From the IMG/VR virus record IMGVR_UViG_3300022601_000013: 64,000 nucleotides of DNA. One strand, given 5' to 3'. The position numbers were made by a program, and so were the translations under genes. Origin of the DNA: a virus (lineage: Duplodnaviria > Caudoviricetes). Shown in pieces: positions 20,066-28,339 of the stretch (the first letter of the stretch is position 1; each line of letters starts with the position of its first letter). Below the pieces are notes generated by a model. The model saw only the letters and a program-made list of their open reading frames with translations, was not told the origin of the DNA and did not search any database.

Positions 20066-20527
20066 ATGAATGAGTTTTTAAAGTTGTTTGGTGACATTAC
20101 TGTAAGTAATATTGTCACTTTTTTAATTGCCTGTGCGTTTTTAATAGGGGTGTACATAAAAGTAAAAAAGTATCTTATTGATAAATATGAAATTGAAAAG
20201 TCAAAAGACGATAAAATAAAAGAAATATGCGAGGCTGTTAAAGAAATTCCAGAATTAAAAAAAATGCAACAAAATAATGCTGAACGACTTAATAAAATTG
20301 AAGAAGAAAACAGAGAAAGAGAGTGTAATAGGTTGAGAGATATTATCTTGCAAAACTATAGGCACTATACAAATGTAAATACAAATCCATCTCAGTCATG
20401 GACACAGATGGAACATGATAGTTTCTTTGCACTTATAAAAGACTATGAAAAATTAAATGGAAATGGGTTCGTGCATAGCATAGTAATTCCTGCTATGGAA
20501 AATTTAAGAATAGTAGAATTAGAATGA
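20066..20527 (+). CDS. membrane-anchored coiled-coil protein (holin-like/lysis accessory)
   Basis: One N-terminal TM helix; YEKLNGNG motif. Confidence 0.5.
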   Translation: MNEFLKLFGDITVSNIVTFLIACAFLIGVYIKVKKYLIDKYEIEKSKDDKIKEICEAVKEIPELKKMQQNNAERLNKIEEENRERECNRLRDIILQNYRHYTNVNTNPSQSWTQMEHDSFFALIKDYEKLNGNGFVHSIVIPAMENLRIVELE

Positions 20528-20550
20528 TTTAAAAGAAAGGAATGATATAT

Positions 20551-20781
20551 ATGGCATATTGGATAGATTTTAACGCAGAGAGTAAGGCTGAATGTAAGAG
20601 TTTCTATTGCGACTATTTAACGGACATAGATGATCTTCCTCGTTGTGGCGTTGAGGGAGTGCAGCAAGGCTGTGATATGGTATCTCATAAGCCTTGTTCT
20701 TATGGCAGTGACTGTCTCTGTCTTGAAGATTCAAGTGTGTGGATTTTAGGCAAAGCTACAAACGAATGGAAAAAAATTTAA
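20551..20781 (+). CDS. small hypothetical virion-associated protein
   Basis: DIDDLP...GSDCLCLE...WKKI; AAAGGA RBS. Confidence 0.55.
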   Translation: MAYWIDFNAESKAECKSFYCDYLTDIDDLPRCGVEGVQQGCDMVSHKPCSYGSDCLCLEDSSVWILGKATNEWKKI

Positions 20782-20793
20782 GGAGGGGTGTAA

Positions 20794-22422
20794 ATGGCTA
20801 TTGATAAAAAAGCTTATGCTACCTCAAAGGTGTACACTAATCAAGTAGCTCTCGGAATTAGTTCAATGAGAGTTGAGGGTAATACTGTATATTTTACTAT
20901 TATTGACACTGGCGAAGAAGTAGGTGTTACACTTCCTACGCCAGCTGATGGTGCATCTATTACTGAGGTAGATGTTGATGAGAATAATTATCTTATTTGT
21001 ACTCTTTCAAATGGTTCTACAGTAAAATCTACAAATCCTATTAATGTTGTAATTGAGGTAGTTTCTGATGGTGTGCAAGCTGATTTTGAGCAGACAGATA
21101 GTACTGCCGATGATTTTATTAAAAACAAACCTAAGTTTAAGGTTGTAACTGAAGATGATATTGATGAACTTGTAGGAGTTTCAGAAGGTGAAATAGAATT
21201 TGTTTTGCCAGAAGAGGTTGGTCAGTGGATGACTGAACATGAAGCTTATGCAGAAACTTTGAATGAAGCAATTCAGAAAAACGCCACTGATATTGCAAAC
21301 AATGCATCCAATATATCAGAGATAAATACAACGCTTAAAAATAAAGCAAATTCAGATGATGTATATAATAAAGAACAAGTATACAGTAAGGAACAAACAG
21401 ATAATGTAATCACAGCAAAGGTTGCTGAAATTGTCGCTGGTGCTCCAGAAGAGTTTAATACTCTTAAAGAAATGAGCGATTGGCTGACTGAACATGAGGA
21501 TAGTGCAGCCACAATGAACACTGCGATATTAAAGAATAAAGCGGATATTGCAGCCAATACTGAAGCGATTGAAGAGAATAAAAATGATATTTTAAGTGCT
21601 GAAAATGATATTGCGATTAATCGTATTACTTTGGGAACACAGAGTAAAAATTTATTGTCAGTAAATGACGGAACTGCTACGAGATTTATAGATAAAATCA
21701 TAAATCAGATAGAACCAGGGAAATATATAGTGTCTATCGGCGAACTGACATCGACAGATGTTGATAGCTCTATATGTTTGTGCCTTTTTACAGACGATTA
21801 TAATACCCCATTATCAAACAATATACATTTAAAAAGAGGTACTAATGTTAGTGCTACAGTAACCATTAATGAATCAGCTACCAAAATCAGAATATATGCA
21901 TCAAATGACTGGAATAATAGCGATGGCGATACAGTCACAGCATCAAATATTATGTTACGCCCAGCCGACATTACAGACAGCACCTATGAACCATACAAAC
22001 CCTCGGTAAATGAGCGTTTAGTAGAGGTTGAAGAATCCGTCTCAGAGTTAACCCCTCAGGTGGAGCAGAATAAAACGGATGTTTCAAACACCAGAGGATT
22101 TTTCTATTTGAAACAAAGTACCATAGCAGAAAAAACATTTACTTACAATCCAAATACTCTTCATGGTCATTCGAAAAATTTTACTGGTGCTCTGTTAGTC
22201 ACGCTATATGACTGGAGTTCAAATCTTGAACTGAAAGAAAATCTATACCTTGTTTCTTGGAATGGTGGCGTCAATTATATACGAGTGCAACCAATCTTAG
22301 CAAGCAATACAAGATTGTCATTAATATCAGTCACAAGCGAAAATAACATAATAACTTTTACAGCTAATACATCCAGTTATTCTATTACACCATTACACGC
22401 AGGAACTCTTGTTACACAATAA
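20794..22422 (+). CDS. tail fibre protein (coiled shaft + carbohydrate-binding-like domain)
   Basis: QADFEQTDSTADDFIKNKP, IVAGAPEEFNTLKE, SKNLL...TYEPY motifs. Confidence 0.7.
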   Translation: MAIDKKAYATSKVYTNQVALGISSMRVEGNTVYFTIIDTGEEVGVTLPTPADGASITEVDVDENNYLICTLSNGSTVKSTNPINVVIEVVSDGVQADFEQTDSTADDFIKNKPKFKVVTEDDIDELVGVSEGEIEFVLPEEVGQWMTEHEAYAETLNEAIQKNATDIANNASNISEINTTLKNKANSDDVYNKEQVYSKEQTDNVITAKVAEIVAGAPEEFNTLKEMSDWLTEHEDSAATMNTAILKNKADIAANTEAIEENKNDILSAENDIAINRITLGTQSKNLLSVNDGTATRFIDKIINQIEPGKYIVSIGELTSTDVDSSICLCLFTDDYNTPLSNNIHLKRGTNVSATVTINESATKIRIYASNDWNNSDGDTVTASNIMLRPADITDSTYEPYKPSVNERLVEVEESVSELTPQVEQNKTDVSNTRGFFYLKQSTIAEKTFTYNPNTLHGHSKNFTGALLVTLYDWSSNLELKENLYLVSWNGGVNYIRVQPILASNTRLSLISVTSENNIITFTANTSSYSITPLHAGTLVTQ

Positions 22423-22454
22423 AATAATGCTTTTAATTGAAAGGAGGATGAAAC

Positions 22455-24188
22455 ATGGCTCAAGAATATATAACACTTTCTGAAGATGCTCTTAGTAGAC
22501 TTTGCAGTTTAATTAAGGCTGGTGGTGGCGGTGTGGATATAATTGATGATAAAAATGTTGCCATAAATTCGGTTTATTCGTCCGCTAAAATAACAGAGCT
22601 ATTTGATAATATTAAAACAGCAGGTGGTACTGGTGGAAAAGGAATTAGTTCAATTGAGTTTGAATCTTCTTCTCTTGGCGGCGAAACTGCTGGTATTGCA
22701 GGAGCTACAGATACTTATACTATTACCTATTCAGATAATACAACAGACACTTTTAGTGTTTATAACGGTAAAAATGGTACAAATGGCGTTAGGTATTTAC
22801 CTATAACAACTTCCCCAACTGGAGGTAGTGGAACACTTGATGATGGAACAAGATATTATAATAAAATCAAACTTACAACAGCTTTAAATCAATCTCAAGT
22901 TGATGAGATATATACAACAGATATGTTGCTATATCAAGCAAAAATATATCCTGTTGTCGGCTTTGATGATACTTATGTATATCTTGGCAGCCCTACGACT
23001 ATTAAAGGGGATGCAGGTATATCTCCAACCATTGGCAATAATGGTAATTGGTATATAGGAAATGAAGATACGGGGGTTTCTGCTGGGGGAGCAACAGGGA
23101 CTATTAAAGTAAAGACAGGAAAACTTGCTGCCACTCATGGAAATCTTCAAGAAATTCCAGTACATTTATATAATTCTATTGATGGTAATTTTATTGATAA
23201 TGTTTTTTATGGTATCACTCGATATGCTTTTGTTGAAACAACTGTTAATGCTGACGGTATGACGATTAACTCAAAAGAAATTCAAATGTCACAACTTAGT
23301 AGTGGAGTGAATTGGAATGGCGAATTAATTAGTTTCATTGCAACTAAAATATCTGGAATAACTTATTTCTTTTTTATTCTAAAAGACACTTCTGGTTATG
23401 AAACTCTTTATGCTTATCAAAGCACAAGCGGAAGTATCATAGATGATTATGCGAATCAGGGCAATCTTAATATTCACCAAATTACAGATGTTACTAACGA
23501 GCCAAAATTTATGTTAATAAATGGTTATGTATATTTAGCTTATTACACAGAACTTCAGGATTATACAGTAATTATGACGAATGATCCTAAGTATAATAAG
23601 GCTAATGAACTTACACGGTTTATAGAAGTGTATCCAGAAGGAAATAGATTTATGGGAGATTGGCAAGTCTGGGGAAGTGCTGATTTTATATTCTTTAAAA
23701 ACTTTAATAATACTAATGAACCATTTAAAATTTGGAAGCCCAGCAATGATAAAATCCACTATCCTGTTGAAAGAAGTGATTACGGTGAAACAGAACCTTA
23801 TCATTTTTCTCATATGGTTTATTGTAAGAAAGCAAAGTGCTTTATTGCTTATGAAGATAGTGGACAATTCTATTATCGTCATTTTTCAGGATGTGAAAAC
23901 CTCTATCTTTCTAATTGGGACGAAGGTAATATTAGTGGTGACATAACGTATTCGCCTTACTGTATTATCGCAACAAACAATTATTTATTTGTATATAATT
24001 ATGAAGGTTTTGTAGATATGTATGACAAAGACTTCAATCTTTTAAATACAATAAACCGTTCTCGTTTTACGAATATCTTTGAAATTCCTACTGGTATTGT
24101 TTTTTGGTCTGATACTGGAGATACAGTCATTTACCTGTTTGAAACTGAAGAAATAACCATCGAAGAAGCTATTAATAGATTAGTTTAA
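22455..24188 (+). CDS. tail fibre / receptor-binding protein
   Basis: VYSSAKI, TDTYTITYSD..VYNGKNG, SPTIGNNGNWYIGNEDTGVSA motifs; aromatic beta-rich C-domain. Confidence 0.65.
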   Translation: MAQEYITLSEDALSRLCSLIKAGGGGVDIIDDKNVAINSVYSSAKITELFDNIKTAGGTGGKGISSIEFESSSLGGETAGIAGATDTYTITYSDNTTDTFSVYNGKNGTNGVRYLPITTSPTGGSGTLDDGTRYYNKIKLTTALNQSQVDEIYTTDMLLYQAKIYPVVGFDDTYVYLGSPTTIKGDAGISPTIGNNGNWYIGNEDTGVSAGGATGTIKVKTGKLAATHGNLQEIPVHLYNSIDGNFIDNVFYGITRYAFVETTVNADGMTINSKEIQMSQLSSGVNWNGELISFIATKISGITYFFFILKDTSGYETLYAYQSTSGSIIDDYANQGNLNIHQITDVTNEPKFMLINGYVYLAYYTELQDYTVIMTNDPKYNKANELTRFIEVYPEGNRFMGDWQVWGSADFIFFKNFNNTNEPFKIWKPSNDKIHYPVERSDYGETEPYHFSHMVYCKKAKCFIAYEDSGQFYYRHFSGCENLYLSNWDEGNISGDITYSPYCIIATNNYLFVYNYEGFVDMYDKDFNLLNTINRSRFTNIFEIPTGIVFWSDTGDTVIYLFETEEITIEEAINRLV

Positions 24189-24250
24189 TAATATGGCGGT
24201 GAGTATAAGCCGCCAAAAATAAAATAAACAAAAACAAAGAGGTGATCAAC

Positions 24251-24379
24251 ATGGATAATTTAGAAAAACTTACTGCCGAAAACGGCATTAATGAAAATAT
24301 TCAAAACGTAAACTCTTTTGAAGATTTACCAGAGTCTATGAAAGAAGAATTTGCAGATGGTAAGGGTGGTGAAGATTAA
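24251..24379 (+). CDS. 42-aa acidic peptide coupled to the endolysin start (not in ORF track)
   Basis: GAGGTG RBS; MDNLEKLT...ADGKGGED*; TAATG overlap. Confidence 0.6.
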   Translation: MDNLEKLTAENGINENIQNVNSFEDLPESMKEEFADGKGGED

Positions 24380-26349
24380 TGGGATTTACAAATAGCCCGC
24401 TTGTTTATAAAACAATGCTTTCTAATAAACATAATGATAGAAAATACCCTATTAGTAAAATTACAATTCATCATGCCGCTGGCGTAATGACATTTGACAG
24501 ATTGCTTGATTATGTGGCACATTGCAATAGAGATATGTCTGCCAACTATGTGCTTCGCCAAGGTAAACTTGGTCTTGTAGTAGAGGAAAAATATAGAGCG
24601 TGGACATCTTCAAATGCTGAGAATGACCATAGAGCCGTTACGATTGAGGTTGGTAATTCATCTTCTGGTGGCCAATGGCCTATTGCTCCAGAGGATTTAA
24701 ATATGCTTATTAAGTGGTGTGCGGATGTATGTATTCGTAATAATATTCCAAAACTATATTATGATGGCACTAAGAATGGAACACTTACACTTCACGAAAT
24801 GTTTGTTGCTACAGCTTGTTTGCCTGTTGATAGAACTGAAGTTTTGACACCTGATGGTTGGGTGTCTTTGAAAGACATTAATATTGGTGATACTATTGCG
24901 ACGGCACATATTGACGATTTACAGATTAAATTTAGCAAAGTGTTAGATAAAATTCCCGAAAAAATTCAAGATACGTATGTTATTAGAGATTTTGAAGGAA
25001 CATCTGATCACAGAGTGATATATTACAATCAAACTGGAAAACAGTATGTTGAACAGTATAAAGAACTTTTTGATAAAAAGGGCTCTTTATATATTCCTAA
25101 TGCAGGATATTTTGAAGGTCAGGGATTACCAATATCCAAATCTGATATGGAGTTTTTTGTTGCTGTACAAGCTGATGGCCATTATATGCATGATGGAAAT
25201 TGTTATTACGGAATTGAATTTCATTTTACAAAACAAAGAAAAATAGAAAAAATTAAAAATCTTTTAAATGATATGAAAATCGAATATAAGATTTGTGACC
25301 AATCTAACGGATCAACTAAAATACGTATATATGGAAAAAACATAGTTGAATTTTGCGAAGAGTATCTGAATAATAAAAAGTTTACATGGAATTGGTTAAA
25401 TATGTCTCATGCTCAGGCTTTAGACTTTCTCGACATGATAATGTTTTATGATGGTTGCGAAGCAAACAAGGGATATTCATCAAGCATTGTTGAAAATGTA
25501 AATATTGTTCAGGCTATAGCATCATTAAATGGTGTTGGGTCAAAAGTTTGCGACAATGGAACTCGCATATATTTAAAAAAAGAAATGCGTTCATTGGGGG
25601 ACAACAATAAAAAAAGAAAACTTCGTCAAACTGTAAGTTGTGTGACTGTTGAATCAGGATTTATACTTATTCGTCAGCATGGCAGAACAACCATTACTGG
25701 CAACTGCCCTGGCCCGTATATTAAGTCAAAATTAAATTATATTTGTCAAGAAGTAAATAAATTAATTGAAGCTAATAATAAAGGTGCTATTGCACCAACA
25801 CCAACTGTACAATCACAGCCAACCTATAAGGTTGTTACTGATGTATATGGTTATATGACAGCGGCTGATGCAGTGAACGATATCAAGCGTAAACGTACAG
25901 TTAAAGCTGGAACATATTATGTGTTTAATGAAACAAACACTGCGGTAAATGTAACTGCCAAATTAGGTGTGGCTGGTGCATGGATTTCTAAAGCAGCCAA
26001 CAAACAGCCTGTAAAAACTAACACGCCTACACTTCAATCTATTGCAAATGAAGTAATTAAAGGCGAATGGGGTAATGGTACTGAACGTACAAGCAGTCTT
26101 AATAAAGCTGGATATAATGCTGCAAATGTACAGCAAGCCGTAAACGCAATTCTTGCAAGAAAGCCAATTCCTAATATACCTCTGTATTTAAATAATAGCA
26201 AACCTACTGTTATTAAAAAGACAATAAATGAAATTGTAAATGAGGTACTTGCTGGAGAATGGGGTAACGGCACAGAAAGAAAAACACGTCTTACTAAAGC
26301 TGGATATGACTATGATGTTATCCAAAGAGAAGTAAATAAACGTTTTTAA
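24379..26349 (+). CDS. endolysin, N-acetylmuramoyl-L-alanine amidase (Amidase_2) with intein and two Cpl-7 (CW_7) repeats
   Basis: ITIHH, SANY, AWTS, TIEV, H...TA|CPG amidase motifs; EVxxGEWGNGTER twice. Confidence 0.92.
   Translation: MGFTNSPLVYKTMLSNKHNDRKYPISKITIHHAAGVMTFDRLLDYVAHCNRDMSANYVLRQGKLGLVVEEKYRAWTSSNAENDHRAVTIEVGNSSSGGQWPIAPEDLNMLIKWCADVCIRNNIPKLYYDGTKNGTLTLHEMFVATACLPVDRTEVLTPDGWVSLKDINIGDTIATAHIDDLQIKFSKVLDKIPEKIQDTYVIRDFEGTSDHRVIYYNQTGKQYVEQYKELFDKKGSLYIPNAGYFEGQGLPISKSDMEFFVAVQADGHYMHDGNCYYGIEFHFTKQRKIEKIKNLLNDMKIEYKICDQSNGSTKIRIYGKNIVEFCEEYLNNKKFTWNWLNMSHAQALDFLDMIMFYDGCEANKGYSSSIVENVNIVQAIASLNGVGSKVCDNGTRIYLKKEMRSLGDNNKKRKLRQTVSCVTVESGFILIRQHGRTTITGNCPGPYIKSKLNYICQEVNKLIEANNKGAIAPTPTVQSQPTYKVVTDVYGYMTAADAVNDIKRKRTVKAGTYYVFNETNTAVNVTAKLGVAGAWISKAANKQPVKTNTPTLQSIANEVIKGEWGNGTERTSSLNKAGYNAANVQQAVNAILARKPIPNIPLYLNNSKPTVIKKTINEIVNEVLAGEWGNGTERKTRLTKAGYDYDVIQREVNKRF
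24817..25704 (+). mobile_element. intein (296 aa) with LAGLIDADG endonuclease inside the endolysin
   Basis: Block A CLPVDRTEVLTPDGW; block B TSDHRV; VQADG and FYDG endonuclease motifs; block F/G VSCVTVESG...ITGN followed by Cys+1. Confidence 0.92.
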
Positions 26350-26364
26350 GCAAGGGTGATATAT

Positions 26365-26565
26365 ATGAGAGAAAAAATAGCTAAATTAATAGATGTAAAA
26401 AGCATTATTACATTTACATTAACAGGTGTATTTGCCTATTTATCATTGACTGAAAAAATTAGTGAAGATCAATTTATGTTGATATTTACAATGTGTATCT
26501 CATTCTTTTTCGGTAGAAAAACTGGCAAAGACGAAGCGAGAAGCGAAGGTAGTAAAGTTGAATAA
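26365..26565 (+). CDS. holin
   Basis: Two TM helices, KLIDVKSI...FFFG, charged C-terminus; follows endolysin. Confidence 0.75.
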   Translation: MREKIAKLIDVKSIITFTLTGVFAYLSLTEKISEDQFMLIFTMCISFFFGRKTGKDEARSEGSKVE

Positions 26566-26575
26566 TTTAATATAC

Positions 26576-26610
26576 TAAGGAGCTTCTTGAATGGAGCTCC
26601 TTATTTTTTT
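26576..26610 (+). terminator. intrinsic terminator
   Basis: TAAGGAGCTTC/GGAGCTCCTTA followed by T7. Confidence 0.8.
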
Positions 26611-26628
26611 ATAAAAGGAGATGGTGTT

Positions 26629-27132
26629 ATGACTGTAGCTGGAATTGATGCATCTACAACTGCAAGCGGAGTTTCTATAATGAGAGATGGTAAACTTGTA
26701 TTTTACACACTTATAAAATTAAAAGAAAAAGATACAATGAAACGTATAAGACTTATGCTTAAAGATATTTGTGAAATTTTAGATAAGTATGATATAGATG
26801 CAATTTGTATGGAAAAAGCTTTTTCAAAGCAAAATGTCGATACAACAATGAAGTTAGCAAACATCGCTGGGGGCATCATGTTATATTGTGCTTTAAACGA
26901 CATTGAGTTTGAGCATCCTATGCCTTCTTCTTGGAGAGCAAAAATAGGAATTAAACAAGGCGAAGGAAAGCATAAAGTAAAAAGAGAAACACTTAAAGAA
27001 ATGGCTATCAAACTTGTAAAACAAGAATATGGAATTGATGTTGGTGATGATATTGCCGAGTCATTGCTGATAGCTCGCAGTAAATTTGATTTACCAAAAC
27101 TTGAAATTTCCGAAGATGATCTTTGGAATTAA
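26629..27132 (+). CDS. ruvC: RuvC-like Holliday junction resolvase
   Basis: GIDASTTASG, ICME, PSSWR, DDIAESLLI catalytic motifs. Confidence 0.85.
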   Translation: MTVAGIDASTTASGVSIMRDGKLVFYTLIKLKEKDTMKRIRLMLKDICEILDKYDIDAICMEKAFSKQNVDTTMKLANIAGGIMLYCALNDIEFEHPMPSSWRAKIGIKQGEGKHKVKRETLKEMAIKLVKQEYGIDVGDDIAESLLIARSKFDLPKLEISEDDLWN

Positions 27133-27133
27133 A

Positions 27134-27170
27134 CTATGAAAACTATGCTACTATGGTATGGTTTTCATAG
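27134..27170 (+). other. ~16-bp-stem hairpin / imperfect inverted repeat
   Basis: ACTATGAAAACTATGC pairs with GTATGGTTTTCATAGT (G-T pairs allowed). Confidence 0.6.
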
Positions 27171-27215
27171 TAGCTTTATATATATTAAAAACTTAAACAA
27201 AAAGGAGAAATAATT

Positions 27216-27737
27216 ATGAGAGTGAATGATTTAATTAATAAAATGAATACAGAAGGTTTTAATCTTGCCGAGACTATTGAAGCTAAAACATATCTTCCTA
27301 TAGTTTTAAAAAAGGTAATTGCTCAGGAAATTGTGTATGATTGCACATCTGAAGATAATGGAGTAATCAAAGTAGATTCTTTTGAAAGATATATGTCTTA
27401 TGTTAGACATATGATTACAGAGCATACAAATCTTGAATATACAGATGATGATTATGACACTATTTGTTTAACAGAATATAATGGCGATTCATTACTTGGT
27501 GCAATCATTGGTTGTTTTGGAGAAGATGCCAAGGAGTGTTCAAGAGTTTTAGAAATGGTTATGGGAGACTATATGCAGGACACCACTCTTGAAAGTATAC
27601 TTGCTAAGACATTATATAATCTTGAAACAAAGCTTGGTAGCTTTATAGAAAAGATGGCAGACAATACAAAGAATATGATTCCAGAGGGTACGAATGTTGA
27701 AGGATTAAGTAAATTGATTGAAATATTAGGAAAATAA
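27216..27737 (+). CDS. hypothetical protein, possible tail assembly chaperone
   Basis: Acidic helical protein two genes before the TMP. Confidence 0.45.
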   Translation: MRVNDLINKMNTEGFNLAETIEAKTYLPIVLKKVIAQEIVYDCTSEDNGVIKVDSFERYMSYVRHMITEHTNLEYTDDDYDTICLTEYNGDSLLGAIIGCFGEDAKECSRVLEMVMGDYMQDTTLESILAKTLYNLETKLGSFIEKMADNTKNMIPEGTNVEGLSKLIEILGK

Positions 27738-27759
27738 TAAAAAAAGGTTGGTGTGTAGA

Positions 27760-28323
27760 ATGGGTCGTATCTTAGAAAAGGCAGAAAAAGAATTCTTAAA
27801 AAGATGTGCGTCTGCACGTAAGGCTGCGGCACAACAAGCTGCAAAAGAGATTCAAATAGATTTTAAGGAACAAGTTTTTGACCGAGCTGTATGGGATTAT
27901 TATGATGATTATAACAGTTCCAAGTACAAAAGAAGCGAAAGTTTATATGATACATTTAAAGTATATACACAGACAGATGGAAATAATATTGGAATTTCTT
28001 ATGATTGGGACTTTAACAGATTGCCACAATATGCAAGTAATTCTGCATATCATAAAAAAGGAAATGAGTGGATTGATTATTACAATCGAACTGATGACGA
28101 TGATAATGGTGTTCCCGAAAAAGGTTGGATATTTACTAATTTTATGGAAGGTATTCACCCAAGATTTTATTTGGATAAAAAACTTGATGTCATAATTGAT
28201 AATAGCTATCAATCAATTCCATCTTATATTCGTATTAAAAATTACAAAGAAGAGTACATCAGGAGTGGACAAATGAGAGATATTTTAATAAAAAATTTAA
28301 AAAAACAATGTAAAAATATATAA
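27760..28323 (+). CDS. hypothetical tail-associated protein
   Basis: YYDDY..SKYKRSESL motif; directly before the TMP. Confidence 0.5.
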   Translation: MGRILEKAEKEFLKRCASARKAAAQQAAKEIQIDFKEQVFDRAVWDYYDDYNSSKYKRSESLYDTFKVYTQTDGNNIGISYDWDFNRLPQYASNSAYHKKGNEWIDYYNRTDDDDNGVPEKGWIFTNFMEGIHPRFYLDKKLDVIIDNSYQSIPSYIRIKNYKEEYIRSGQMRDILIKNLKKQCKNI

Positions 28324-28339
28324 TTAGGAGGCGACGTTT

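Noticed and set aside
16203-24188. Diversity-generating retroelement or invertible tail-fibre shufflon
   Set aside because: No reverse transcriptase, no near-identical TR/VR pair differing at adenines, and no inverted cassettes or adjacent invertase seen in this window
24194-24215. Plus-strand terminator before the lysis genes
   Set aside because: GC stem is followed by an A run, not a U tract, on the + strand; more likely a stability hairpin or antisense terminator
26629-27132. RuvC as a TnpB/Cas12-like RNA-guided nuclease with the downstream hairpin as guide
   Set aside because: Only 167 aa, a plain resolvase-type RuvC with no Zn finger, REC or WED regions, and no transposon ends
27216-28323. 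Programmed -1 frameshift tail chaperone pair
   Set aside because: No convincing slippery heptamer before the 27737 stop; the second ORF has its own RBS and start
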